A stretch of 64,000 nucleotides of DNA from contig CAVVYA010000020.1 in NCBI GenBank assembly GCA_963752345.1, forward strand, positions 207,229-271,228. The letters run 5' to 3'. Under the pieces are notes generated by a model, which searched no databases, was not told the origin of the DNA, and worked only from the letters and a program-made list of their open reading frames with translations. Position 1 is the stretch's first letter, and the number at the start of each line of letters is the position of its first letter. A program made the position numbers and the translations under genes. The stretch comes from an uncultured Alphaproteobacteria bacterium. GTDB taxonomy: Bacteria; Pseudomonadota; Alphaproteobacteria; SMXQ01. Shown here piece after piece: positions 1 through 11,897 of this stretch.

Positions 1-8
1 GTGTAAGG

Positions 9-740
9 GTGGGGAAGATGGATAAGAGCACTTTGTCAGGTCGTGTCCTGGCGTTGATCGTCGAGGACAGCCGGCTGTTTCGCGAGGGGATGAAACGGAT
101 CCTTGCGGATTCGCCCTACGACATCCAGGGCGAAGCCGACTGCCTGGAGGACGCCGTCGCGATCGTCAACGAAGGCTTCACCCCATCCCTGCTGCTGCTT
201 GATTTCCGCGAGAACGACGTCGAGGACTTCGATTATATCCGCCGGCTGCGCGCTCACTCGCAGGCCGCGCGCATCGTGGTCCTGACCAACGACGTCTCCA
301 CCAGCAAGCTGACCAAGGCTCTCGAACTCGGCTGCGACGCCTATCTGCTCAAGGACATGTCGCCCGAAGCCCTGATCCAATCGCTGACACTGACGATGCT
401 CGGAGAGAAAGTATTTCCGACCAACCTCGCGCAGCTTCTCATCGAGGGCCGGCTTGGCGCGACGGCAGCGCCCAGCGTCCGCCCATTCTCCGCCAGCGGG
501 TTGTCGGAGCGTGAGATGCAGATCCTGCGCTGCCTGGTGAACGGCGATCCGAACAAGGTGATCGCCAACCGCCTGAAGATCACCGAGGCGACGGTGAAGG
601 TCCACCTCAAGGGCCTGCTGCGCAAGATCAGCGTGTCCAACCGCACGCAGGCCGCGATCTGGGCGGTTGAACGTGGCATCGACAAATATCCGCTGTCGGC
701 GTCGATCCCATCTCCCGCATTCCTGCCGCGCAGCGCCTGA
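9..740 (+). CDS. NarL/FixJ (LuxR-type) two-component response regulator
   Basis: N-terminal REC domain (IVEDS, LLLLD, VVLT, YLLK) and C-terminal LuxR HTH (LSEREMQILRCLVNGDPNKVIANRLKITEATVKVH). Start may be the ATG at 18. Confidence 0.93.
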   Translation: MGKMDKSTLSGRVLALIVEDSRLFREGMKRILADSPYDIQGEADCLEDAVAIVNEGFTPSLLLLDFRENDVEDFDYIRRLRAHSQAARIVVLTNDVSTSKLTKALELGCDAYLLKDMSPEALIQSLTLTMLGEKVFPTNLAQLLIEGRLGATAAPSVRPFSASGLSEREMQILRCLVNGDPNKVIANRLKITEATVKVHLKGLLRKISVSNRTQAAIWAVERGIDKYPLSASIPSPAFLPRSA

Positions 741-776
741 TCGCGCCGCTGCAAGCGCTGAAATCGCCCGCCGGGA

Positions 777-2520
777 TTGGCGGGCGATCTGCGTTGCGGA
801 CCTGGCCGCGTCGTTTCGGTCTTGGAAATCTCCCGCCGGAACCGAGCACGCATCCTGCTAGGATGGTTGCTGTCATGCTCCGCGCTACAGTCTTGCCGAG
901 TTTCCCGTGCGCCGCCGCTCACGCCGCCGGCTAGGCGGCCGCCTCGCCGCTGCGTTGCCGGCCTGGCGCTGACGGCCGTGCTCGTCGCCGTCGTCGCGCG
1001 CGTCACAATTCTGACCGCCGTGATCGATGGCGCGCTCGCGGCCAGCGGCTTTGTCGATGCGCGCTACCGCATCGCCTCTGTCGGGATCACGGCGACGCGC
1101 ATCGTCGATATTCAATTGGGCGCGGAACTCACCGCCAGGGAACTGACGCTGCGCTATCGTCCGCTGCAGTTGCTGGGTCTCGACTTAGACGAGATCGCCG
1201 TCGCGGGGCTGCATGTGGACGTGACCGGCGACGAGCCCGGGCCGCTCGCCCGGCTTTTGGCGGGTGATGATGCGGCGAAGGATGAAGCGCAGCCGCCACT
1301 GCTTACCGCGCTTGCGGATTGCCGATGGTAGCGCGCGTCTGCCGGGCGGCGTCGGCGTGGCGATTGACGGGGTGACAATCGACGCGGCGGCGGACGGAAC
1401 GGGCTATTCGCTCGCGGCGGCGAAGCTGGCGGTGACGCGCGGCAGCGTCCGGGTCGCCATGAGCGAGACTGACCACGACCGTCGATATGACCGGCGGTTT
1501 CACCAAACCCGGGGTTCGTTTTGCGCTGGCATCGCTCGCCCACGACGTCGACGAGCCGCTCGTCGCGCCCGTGGCACTGGCCGGCAGCGTGGAACGGCAG
1601 GGCGGGGCTTGGGTGCTGGCGGCGACGGCGACCGCGGCGCTCGCGACGAAGATCGACCTGCAGGGGTCTTATGTAATCGGCGACGGAACGATCCGCGGCC
1701 GTCTCACCTTGCCATCGATCCGCTTTCACGCCGGAGGGGCTCCAGCCTGGCGACGTGTTGCCGCCGCTTGGCGCGATGCAGTCTGTCGCCGGAACGGTTG
1801 CCGGACATCTGGCCGCGCGTTGGCAAACCGGCCATCCGATCGTGACCGAGGGGGCATTGCGGATCGACGATCTGAGCTTCGAGGCCGGCGGGCTGCCCGT
1901 CGAATCGCTGACGGCAAGGATCGCGCTGGTGGGCGACGGCGCGTCGGCCGAGCCGGTTCTCCGCATCGACGAGGCGCATCTGGCTCTGGCCGGCGGCCGC
2001 ATCGCCGCGCGCGGAACGATCTTCAAACCGCTCGCCGAGCGCAACCGTCTCACGCTGCAAATACGTGATCTGGACCTCTCCGTCCTGCTCGCCGCCCTCG
2101 ACGTGGAAGGCGTCAGCGGCGAGGGTCAGTTCGCCGGCGCGCTGCCGTTGCTGGTGGCGGGCGACGATGTGGCGATCGAAGGCGGGCAAGCTCGAAGCGC
2201 AGGGCCCGGGCATATTGCGCATGGCATCGCCGGAAACGGCGGCGGCGCTTGCCCAGGGCGGTCAGGACACAAATTTGCTGCTCCAGGCCCTGGCCGACTT
2301 TCACTACGAGCGATTGGCCTTGAGCCTGGACAAGCCGCTGAGCGGCGAATCCCGCCTCACGCTCAACATGCTCGGCCATAATCCTGCCGTTCTTGACGGG
2401 CATCCTTTCCAGATCAACGTGACCGTGACGACGAACTTGGACAAGATCCTCGGCATCGTCGCGCAGGGTGGCCGGTTGTCGCAGGACTTGATCCGTGCCA
2501 TGGTCGGCGCCCGTCACTAA
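777..2520 (+). CDS. ydbH: YdbH-family (AsmA-like) intermembrane transport protein, split by several frameshifts
   Basis: ORF pieces 777-1331, 1487-~1740, 1755-~2190 and ~2190-2520 join into an N-terminal TM anchor, a beta-rich body and the YdbH-type C-terminus (GEGQFAGALPL...ALADFHYERL...GHNPAVLDGHPFQINVTV). It lies directly before ynbE/ydbL. Start uncertain. Confidence 0.75.
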
Positions 2521-2543
2521 CAGATGACGTGAGACAAGGAAGC

Positions 2544-2777
2544 ATGACGACGATGACGCGATCTCAAACCCGCCGCCGAGGCACGAGCTTCGGGCACCTG
2601 GCGGGAATTCTTCTGACCGCTGGAACGTTGATCGCATGCCAGCCCAGGGTCGCGCTCGAAGCTCCGAAGGAGCCGATCACGATCAACCTCAACATCAAGC
2701 TGGATGCGGATGTCCGCGTCAAACTCGAAGAGCGGGCCAAGGAAGACATTCAACACAACCCGGATATTTTCCGATGA
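2544..2777 (+). CDS. ynbE: YnbE-family lipoprotein
   Basis: Lipobox LIAC followed by the family motif APKEPITINLNIKLD...NPDIF; AAGGA RBS before ATG 2544. Confidence 0.88.
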   Translation: MTTMTRSQTRRRGTSFGHLAGILLTAGTLIACQPRVALEAPKEPITINLNIKLDADVRVKLEERAKEDIQHNPDIFR

Positions 2778-3132
2778 CTCGCACGTCACGCCGCCAAATA
2801 TTCAAGACCTCTCGCCGCCGTTGCGCTGACCGGTGCTTTTTTCCTCGCGGCCGTGGCCCATCCGGTGTGGGCGCAATCGCTCGAAGCCCTGCGCCTGTCG
2901 GGTGCTTTGGGCGAGCGCTACGACGGCCTGGCGGTGGTCCGCCAACCCAGCCCCGAAGCGAATCGAGTGGCGGCCGAAATCAATGCTCAGCGCCAGGGCA
3001 TCTACCAGAAGCGGGCAGCCGAGCAGGGCGTTCCCGTGGATCAGGTCGGGCGCGTCTATGCCCGCCAGATCTTCGACCAGGCGCCCAAAGGGCACCTGGT
3101 TCCTGACCGAACGGGGCTGGGTCCAGAAATAA
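2774..3132 (+). CDS. ydbL: YdbL family (DUF1318) periplasmic protein, frameshifted
   Basis: SGALGERYDG...INAQRQGIYQKRA motif and C-terminal GWVQK; ATGA overlap with ynbE; needs frame changes near 2815-2850 and ~3090. Confidence 0.8.
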
Positions 3133-3445
3133 AACCCGGAACATAAGGCCCGGCTTGCCTTTACAGACCGCACGCCGGGCTTTATCAATCGATCAGCATC
3201 TCGATTATCCACTCCCTGGCCTCATTCATGGATCGCCTGCTGTCGCCCATTTCGCCAATGTCATTCGCCGCGCCCGCCTCTGATCGGCCGGCGGGATTTT
3301 CTGAAACGTTGCGGGGTCGCGGGCGCGGCCATGCTCGGCGCCGGCGTTGTCGCGGGCTGCGAGAGCCGGCAGCATACCGAGCAGATCGAGCCGGTGCCGG
3401 GCGGTTTCTTCGCCGACGGCACAGACTTCGCCGACTGAGTCCTTC

Positions 3446-5417
3446 ATGACCAACATGTTTTCGCTTTTTCCCCAGGACGCGCCTGTCAGCAAGGACCTGC
3501 TGCGCAAGCATCTGGTCGGCCCGGTTGCCAATGTGCAGGGCTTCGGCGCGCGCGGCGACGGTCTCGTCGACGACACCGCCAGCATCCAGGCCGCCATCGA
3601 TTTCGTCTCGAGCAGCGGCGGCGGCACCGTCTACCTGCCGGCCGGCACCTACAAGATCAAGCCGCAAACCAGCATCGCAGTCGACCGCGTCCGCGCCAAT
3701 GCGCTGACCATCGCCGCCGACAATATCGTGTTGACCGGCGACGGTCCTGCCTTGAGCAAGCTCACGTTCCGCGTGTTCGGCGACCGTGATCCGACCAACA
3801 GCTTCGAGTTGTTTCCCTGGTATTCCAGCGACGGCACGGCCAATGTGTGGCGCGGCAGCGCCATCTTCATCGCCGGCGGCGTCGATCCGTCGCAGCCGCG
3901 CCGCAATATCGTGATTGAAAACATCGAGATCGACGGCGGCGCGCGGCCGGGCAACACCCTGGATCGCAGCCCGCCTGGTACCCAGGCGCGCGAGGGCTGG
4001 GACATCAGCCATAAGGGCATCAATCTGCAGGAAGACCGGCACCACCGGCGCATCGTCATCCGCAATGTCGATGCCCATGATTTCCGCGGCGAGATCGTGT
4101 TCGGCGGCGGCGCCTTCATCGATGACGTGCTGATCGAGGATTGCGAGCTGCATGGCACCAGCGCCGATTGCCTGTCGCTTGGCGGCGCCCATGTGGTGCG
4201 TGGCTGCCGGTTCTACGATGCGGCGCACGCCTGCGTCGAAAGCGCCTCTTTCGCCAAGCCGGCGCGCTATATCGACAACCAGTTCTCCGCGGCGCGCATG
4301 GGCCTCAGCATCCAGAGCGCGTGGGACAGCCCGCACCCGGCCGAAATCCTGGGCAATAGCTTCACCGAATGCGCCGATTACGGCATCCTTCTCAATATGG
4401 AGAGCGGCGCCACCCTCATCTCCAACAACACCTTCGTCGATTGCGGCCATAGCCAGGCGCAGCACGCGGCACTGGCGCTCGAGCCGGGGCGCGGTCAGAC
4501 CGTGCCCGCGGTCGGCAGCGTCATCGTCAGGGACAATCATTTCCTGCGCCACAATCGCGATGGCGGCATCGGCATCTCGCTGACCTGTCGCGCGGGGCGC
4601 AAACTGAAGTCGGTGGTGATCTCGGGCAACTTCATCGGCTCGAGCGGCGCTGGCGCGGAGCGCAACAAGCGCTTCGTGACGCCAGTCGCCTATGGCTTGG
4701 CGGCGGGCGCCGACGTCGACGCAATCCATATCACCAAGAACATTTACTACCGCACCCAACGCCTTGCGGAGAATCTGCTCGCCAGGCAGGGCGACAGTGC
4801 CCCGATGCCCGCCATGCGGGACAATCAGGCGCTCGGCTTCGAAGAGGCCGCGAACAACGTCATGCCGGTCGACGGGCGCGCGCCCGTGCGGCTGCACAAC
4901 GAAGGGCCGGTGAGCCCTGCTGCCGGCCGGCGAGGGCGACCCGGTCATACCGCGCCTCAACCCGGCGGACTACGCTCAAGGCCAGCGGCTGGTGCTGACC
5001 AACGGCAGCGCCACGCGCAAAATCTATCTGCCGCAGACCTCCGATATTTTCGAATGCCGCGAGGGCCGTCATCTCAGCCCCGGCGTCTTCATCACCTTGA
5101 TCCGCGACGGCGACAGGCTGCGCGAGGTGAACTTCGACGACCGCCGCTCGCGCCACTATGCCGAGGTGGTGGAGGGCACTGACATCGCCGCCGACGGCTT
5201 CGCGGATATCTATATCTCAGTGCCGACCGAGCGCCGCTTCGTAAGCTTCTCGGGCATCGGCCACGGCGCGCGCATCCGGGTGATCGCCACCAACCGCAAC
5301 GTGACGATCGCCAACAACGAGAATATTCAGCTTCACTCCAACGCCGATTACGAGATGGTCGAGAACGAAGTGAAGAACTTCATGCGAACGCGGGACGGCA
5401 TGCTGCGCGAGATATGA
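3446..5417 (+). CDS. Pectate_lyase_3 / right-handed parallel beta-helix protein (depolymerase/tailspike-like), frameshift near 4925
   Basis: NVQGFGARGDGLVDDTASIQAAID...VYLPAGTY motif, PbH1-like repeats (IENIEIDG, IRNVDAHD, ISNNTF, ISGNFI); C-terminus continues in ORF 4992-5417. Confidence 0.8.
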
Positions 5418-5530
5418 CCGGTGTCGGCGCGCCGATTCCGCTCGCGCTCGTTGCGCACGATACTGACGCTTCAATGAAGCGCCGATTTGCATAACGGCGC
5501 CAGCAACAGGGAGGAGTTGGTCTCGGTCCG

Positions 5531-7029
<1,499 letters not shown>

Positions 7030-7062
7030 CCGGGCCGCGAGAGCCCGGCGTAAGGAGGAACC

Positions 7063-8256
7063 ATGAGCCAACATCCGCTGACCGCCGCCGAGATCCTGGC
7101 GTCGAAGACCGCGACCGCCATGCCGTCAGCCGCGCCGCTGCCGCCCACCGAGCTGCGCCACTATTTCCAGGCGGTCGACAATATGATCAAGGTCTTCGCC
7201 ATCCGGCCCGATGACGAGGTGCTGTTCCTGACCGATCCCTTGCTCGACCGCCGGGTGGTCGACGCGATCACCGGCATCGCGCGCTCGCGCGGCGCGCGGG
7301 TCCGCGAATTCATGGGCGAATCGAGCCAGCTCACCGCGATCCCCGACGAGGTCAAGCCGATCCTGGAAAAGGCCACCTTCGTCGTCTCCACCTGGTTCTG
7401 CTCGACCTCCAGCCCGTTCGCCAACAAGCTGCGCCAGGAAACCGGCCAGCGCTGGATCAAGATCACCTATTTCCGCAACCTCGACCTGCTGAATTCGCCG
7501 CAGGCGCGCTTTCCGGTCGACCTGGTCGGCGAGATCGTGCGCGCCACGGCGCGCATGTTCCCGCGCGACAACGACTTCGACATGACCTTCGCCGATGCGC
7601 GCGGCACCGATCTCACCATCCATTTCACGCCCGAGATGGTGAGCAACCTGCTCGACCACAACCGCTGGCGCGGCGAGAACACCGGCGACGTGCCGGGCTG
7701 CTACGTGCATTATCTGCCGACCCACGGGCCGAACATCTATGCTCATACCTGCTTCAAGCGCGATCCCAATGCCAAGCCGCGCATGCAGGGCGTGATCTTT
7801 CCGCAATGGGCGATCGGCTTCGCCAAGCCGTTCGAGGAGAAGATCGGCATCGAATACAAGGACGGCTATGTGCACAAGGTGCACGGCCGCTCGCTCGACG
7901 CCGAGATCCTGCGCGACATGCTGGTCGGCGTCGACGCCTTCCTGCACGAGCTCGGCTGCGGCCACAATCCCAAGGCGCCGCGCTACGCGGTCTATCCGGC
8001 GGGGTCGAATTCGCCGGGCGCCCTGCACTTCGGCACCGACAGCAATCGGCCGAGCGAATATCTGCGGCGCGTCGTGCCCCATTGGGAGGAGCCCCATGTG
8101 CACCAGGATTGCGTGATCTTCGACGCCACCGTGAAGGCTGGCAACACCACGCTGATCGACAACGGCTTCCTCATGTCGCTGCGCGATCCCCAAGTGGTGG
8201 CGGCCGCCAGCCGCTACGGCGATCCCGTGGAACTGCTCGAAACGTTCGTGGAGTGA
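7063..8256 (+). CDS. Divergent M29 aminopeptidase / NicX-like metalloenzyme
   Basis: Intact 397-aa ORF with AAGGAGG RBS; C-terminal ELGCGHNP, GALHFG, HQD motifs resemble the M29/NicX fold. Confidence 0.55.
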   Translation: MSQHPLTAAEILASKTATAMPSAAPLPPTELRHYFQAVDNMIKVFAIRPDDEVLFLTDPLLDRRVVDAITGIARSRGARVREFMGESSQLTAIPDEVKPILEKATFVVSTWFCSTSSPFANKLRQETGQRWIKITYFRNLDLLNSPQARFPVDLVGEIVRATARMFPRDNDFDMTFADARGTDLTIHFTPEMVSNLLDHNRWRGENTGDVPGCYVHYLPTHGPNIYAHTCFKRDPNAKPRMQGVIFPQWAIGFAKPFEEKIGIEYKDGYVHKVHGRSLDAEILRDMLVGVDAFLHELGCGHNPKAPRYAVYPAGSNSPGALHFGTDSNRPSEYLRRVVPHWEEPHVHQDCVIFDATVKAGNTTLIDNGFLMSLRDPQVVAAASRYGDPVELLETFVE

Positions 8257-8292
8257 GCGGCGCGCGCCCAACGCGATTTCTCGCAAGGAGCG

Positions 8293-8385
8293 GTCACGCC
8301 CCAGCCTGACCGACGTGTTCGGGGCATCATGATCGGCGCCCGCCGACGGTCTCCGCCTTGACCGGTCAAGCCGGGCCCTGACGGT
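8293..8385. repeat. Degenerate CGTC-type REP pair
   Basis: GGTCACGCCCCAGCCTGACCG...GGGGCATC and CCGGTCAAGCCGGGCCCTGACGG between convergent genes; same family as copies at 32.2, 34.2 and 40.3 kb. Confidence 0.5.
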
Positions 8386-8411
8386 CAGTTGGCCGCAGGC
8401 CGGTCTGCCGT

Positions 8412-9200
8412 TCATTCGGCCGCCGGCGCTTCCGCGAACTGGCGGTCGGAGGGCGTGTAATCCAGCCCGGCGATTTCACGGATCAGCTTCGACTGGATCG
8501 CGGTGGCGAAGGTGTCGAAGCTTTCCGCCGGCACCATGAAGGCGCCTTGGCCGCCGATCACGAAGTTCTGGTAGTAGGTGTCGAGATCGGGGTCCGAGGG
8601 GAAGCCGCGCACGCCGCCGAAGGCGCCCTGGCGGCTGTTGAGGATCGGCAAGCCATTGATGGTGATGCCGGCGGCCACCGCCGCGTCGCGCGCGCTGACC
8701 ACGTCGCGCCCATTGTTGTTCTTGCCGTCGCCGGAAATATCGATGACGCGCCGCTGGCTTTCGAACGGGCTCGTCTTGAACAGGGCCACGGAATAGTCGA
8801 TCGCCGCGCTGATCGAGGTCCAGCGTATCGCCATGTAGGGGGATGATGCGATCTTGTTGACCACCGCATTGGCCGACGCCTGGTCTTCGATGATCGTCCA
8901 GCCGACGATGGTGCGCTGGTAGCTTTCGCCAGCCCATTCGACATAGGCGACGCCGATGCGGCGGTTCTCGCCCGAGCGGATGGCATTGAGTACCCGGTCG
9001 CTGGTCAGCGCCTTGATATAGCCTTCGCGCTGCAGTTGCGCTTCGACCTCGTCGACACTGCCGGAACAGTCGATGGCCAGGATGAGCTCGAGATCGACGG
9101 GGATGCCCTGGGCGCGCGGCGCCGGAGCGCCGGCGAGAACCACACCGCCAGCCGCCAGGATAGCCAGCAGCAGGACGCGACGGAGCAACGCGAGAGACAT
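8412..9200 (-). CDS. DUF1194 (vWA-like) secreted protein
   Basis: Signal peptide, VDLELILAIDCSGSV (MIDAS DxSxS), RRVIDISGDGKNN, TINGLPI, VIGGQGAF, KLIREIA. Confidence 0.9.
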   Translation of the reverse strand: MSLALLRRVLLLAILAAGGVVLAGAPAPRAQGIPVDLELILAIDCSGSVDEVEAQLQREGYIKALTSDRVLNAIRSGENRRIGVAYVEWAGESYQRTIVGWTIIEDQASANAVVNKIASSPYMAIRWTSISAAIDYSVALFKTSPFESQRRVIDISGDGKNNNGRDVVSARDAAVAAGITINGLPILNSRQGAFGGVRGFPSDPDLDTYYQNFVIGGQGAFMVPAESFDTFATAIQSKLIREIAGLDYTPSDRQFAEAPAAE

Positions 9201-9293
9201 GGCGAACTCCTCAATCCAGAACCCGAGTATCGCGCAGCGTCTCGACCGTGAAAAGAGCCGAGTCGCGTCACGCCGGCACAACCACGCGGCGCG

Positions 9294-10295
9294 CTAGGAG
9301 TTCCCGCCCTCGAGCGCCTGACCCAGCCCGGCTTCCCGCGCCTTGCGGGCGAGCATGGCCGAGGCGCCCATGTATTCGAGCGCCGTGCCGCCCGACAGGA
9401 ACATGGTGATATCGGTGTCGTTGCGCCGCGGTTCGACCTTGCCGGTGATGACGGACCCGAGATCGCCGAGCACGATCTCGCGCCCAATCTCGCCGGCCTC
9501 GAGCGGAATCAGGATTTCGCCTTTCTCGTGAAACGCCTGATCGAGGTCGTCGACGACGATGCGGCCGCGCTGGAGGGTGGCGCCATCCACCTCGCGCTGC
9601 TCGGGGTAGTGGGCGCCGATGAAGTTGCAATGGGCGCCGGGCGCGATCCAGCCGGCTTCGATGACGGGCACCTTGGAATTGGTCGCGGTGACCACGATAT
9701 CGGCGCCCTGGACCGCGGCCTGGGCCGAGCTGGTGGCCTGAACGGTCAGGCCGGGAAACGTCCGGCGCGCCCAGGCGGCGAAAGCCTCGCGGTTGTCCGG
9801 CTTGCGGCTGAACACGCGCACCTCAGTGAGCGGGCGGACGGCCATCAGGCCGCTGAGCTGGGTCGTCGCCTGGTCGCCGGCGCCGATCAGGGCCGCGACC
9901 GAGGCCTCGGGCTGGGCCATGTATTTGGCCGCCACGGCGGCGGTGGCGCCGGTCTTCATCTTGCTGATCACGCCGCCATGGATGATCGCTTCGACATTGC
10001 CGCTGACGGCGGAGAACAGCGTGACCCACAGGTTCATGCCGCCGCCATAGCCGGTGGAATACATCGAGCATCCCATGACCCCGACATTCTTGAGCAACCC
10101 GCCGCCGACCTTGAGCGAACCCGGACGGGACGCGCCGGGCCGCTCGATCCAGAAATTCTGCCGCGGCAGAATCTGGAAATCGCCGAGCCCCTGGTCGCGG
10201 TAAGCGGCCTCCACCGCCTCCACATAGTCGGCCATGGTGACGGCGCCGCTCGCGTGCAGCGCCTCGATATGCGATTGGTCGAGGAAGATCGTCAT
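9294..10295 (-). CDS. Ornithine cyclodeaminase / mu-crystallin family imine reductase
   Basis: KTGATAAVAAKY, IGAGDQA, ADIVVTAT, GAHCNFIGA, EKGE, FLSGGTALE motifs. Confidence 0.85.
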   Translation of the reverse strand: MTIFLDQSHIEALHASGAVTMADYVEAVEAAYRDQGLGDFQILPRQNFWIERPGASRPGSLKVGGGLLKNVGVMGCSMYSTGYGGGMNLWVTLFSAVSGNVEAIIHGGVISKMKTGATAAVAAKYMAQPEASVAALIGAGDQATTQLSGLMAVRPLTEVRVFSRKPDNREAFAAWARRTFPGLTVQATSSAQAAVQGADIVVTATNSKVPVIEAGWIAPGAHCNFIGAHYPEQREVDGATLQRGRIVVDDLDQAFHEKGEILIPLEAGEIGREIVLGDLGSVITGKVEPRRNDTDITMFLSGGTALEYMGASAMLARKAREAGLGQALEGGNS

Positions 10296-10466
10296 GGTCC
10301 CCTTCGCGCCTTTGCGGCGGCGTTTCTCGGCGGAGCCGGCGGCAACGGGCGTCCGGCGTTCGCCCATGTTCATAGTGCGGGACTCGGCTTGGCGCCGCAA
10401 AGAAAAACGCCGCCCGGCCGGGGCGGCGTCTCTCATCGGTCGTCGCGTATCGGGTCCAGCGTTGGG

Positions 10467-10874
10467 TTAGCCCTGCTGCTTGCCCTTGCCTTTGGTGTGC
10501 AGGGCGGGGTCTTCCATTTTTGCCGCCATCTGGCCGCGGCGTTCGGCATCGCGCAGATCCTCGCCCTCGGCGCCTTCCAGGGCATCCTTCGCCTCGCGCG
10601 CCTTCTGCTCGACCTGGCCCGATTTCACGGTTCTTTCGACGCCCTTCTGGTAGTCGCGCGTGGCGCTATAGCTGCCCTCGCCCTCGACGCCCGGGGCCTT
10701 GGCGAGCGACGGGTCGACCTGCTCCGCGTAACCGGCCTCGCGGCCCTGGGGTGCCGCCTTGGCGCGCTTCAGCTTGTCGTCGCGGATCTTGCCGGATGCG
10801 ACGCCGCCGGCCGCATCGCGGCCCATCTCCTCGTTCGAGCCGGTCGTGCGGTCACTGTCTTTGTCTGCGGTCAT
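10467..10874 (-). CDS. Hydrophilic hypothetical (probable stress) protein, in frame with upstream sodB
   Basis: Strong AAGGAGG RBS before ATG 10874; 135 aa, charged and Ala/Gly-rich (EGEGSYSATRDY...AREAKDALEGAEGEDLRDAE). Confidence 0.65.
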   Translation of the reverse strand: MTADKDSDRTTGSNEEMGRDAAGGVASGKIRDDKLKRAKAAPQGREAGYAEQVDPSLAKAPGVEGEGSYSATRDYQKGVERTVKSGQVEQKAREAKDALEGAEGEDLRDAERRGQMAAKMEDPALHTKGKGKQQG

Positions 10875-10894
10875 GGAGGCTCCTCCTTGTCTGC

Positions 10895-11487
10895 TCAGTT
10901 GATCTTTCGCGAAACGCCAATTGGCGAGTTTGGCCAGAAACACTTGGACGAACCCGGCGCGATCGTTCTGATAGTCGAGATAGTAGGCATGCTCCCACAC
11001 ATCGCAGGTAAGCAGAGCCTTCTGTCCGTGCGCGAGCGGCAGATCGGCATCGTGGGTCGTGGTGATCGCCAGCTTGCCGCCGTCCTCCACCAGCCAGGCC
11101 CAGCCACTGCCGAATTGCCCCTCGGCTGCCGCGGTGAATTCCTTTTGGAACGACTCGTCGCTGCCGAAGTCGCGTTCGATGCGCGTCTTCATGTCGCCAT
11201 CGGGCGAACCGCCGGTTCCCGCCGGCGCCATGCACTGCCAGAAGAACGTATGGTTCCAGTGCTGCGCCGCGTTGTTGAAGATCTTTGTCTTCGAGTTGTC
11301 CTGCGCCGTGGCGCGGATGATGTCTTCGAGCGGCTGATTTGCCAGATCGGTGCCGGCGATCAACTCGTTCAACGTATCGACATACTTCTTGTGATGTTTG
11401 CCATGATGGAATTGCAGGGTGCGCGCCGAGATATGCGGCTCGAGCGCACTCTCCGGCATAAGGCAGCGGCGGCAGTTGGAACGCCAT
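10895..11487 (-). CDS. sodB: Fe/Mn superoxide dismutase (frameshift near 11459; stop position uncertain)
   Basis: MAFQLPPLPY, HHGKHH, NNAAQHWNH, QFGSGWAWL, DVWEHAYYLDYQN; AAQ motif favours the Fe type. Confidence 0.92.
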
Positions 11488-11578
11488 CGGCTCTCCTCCT
11501 ATGCTTCCGAATGAGCAGCGCCATGCGCTTTCCGCCGGGGGCGGAACTCGCGGGCTGCGCTGCAAAGTCTGATAAGAA

Positions 11579-11603
11579 AACGGTCTGTGGCGGGGGCGGT
11601 TCC
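11579..11603 (-). promoter_or_regulatory. sigma-EcfG (RpoE2/SigT) general stress promoter upstream of sodB
   Basis: Minus strand GGAAC-N16-CGTT, an exact match to the alphaproteobacterial general stress response consensus, about 90 bp upstream of the sodB ATG. Confidence 0.7.
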
Positions 11604-11897
11604 GGTCGAATCGCTGAAGATCATTCGCGAGTCGATACATTACGCGGTTGAAATCGCGGCGTGGCGACCTAGCGCGGTTGCGTCGCTTGTTGAGCGTACA
11701 ATGTTCTCTCCGTCATGCCCCGTTTTGTTGGAAAGCATCCAAGTCTGGCCAATGTGACAGACGAGAACGCGGGGTGGCTCGTCCGCGTGGCCGCCCCGAC
11801 TCAGCCTGTCCGCGGGCCGCGCGAAACGCGCACCCCAAATTCGGCCATGACGCGCTGACCGAACTCGTCGGGTGTGGCGTCTAAGCGCGAGCGGCAG

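Noticed and set aside
3138-3165. GGAAC-N16-CTTT / TTTACA upstream of the beta-helix gene
   Set aside because: Imperfect -10 element, about 280 bp from the start, and no good sigma-54 site downstream; too weak to call.
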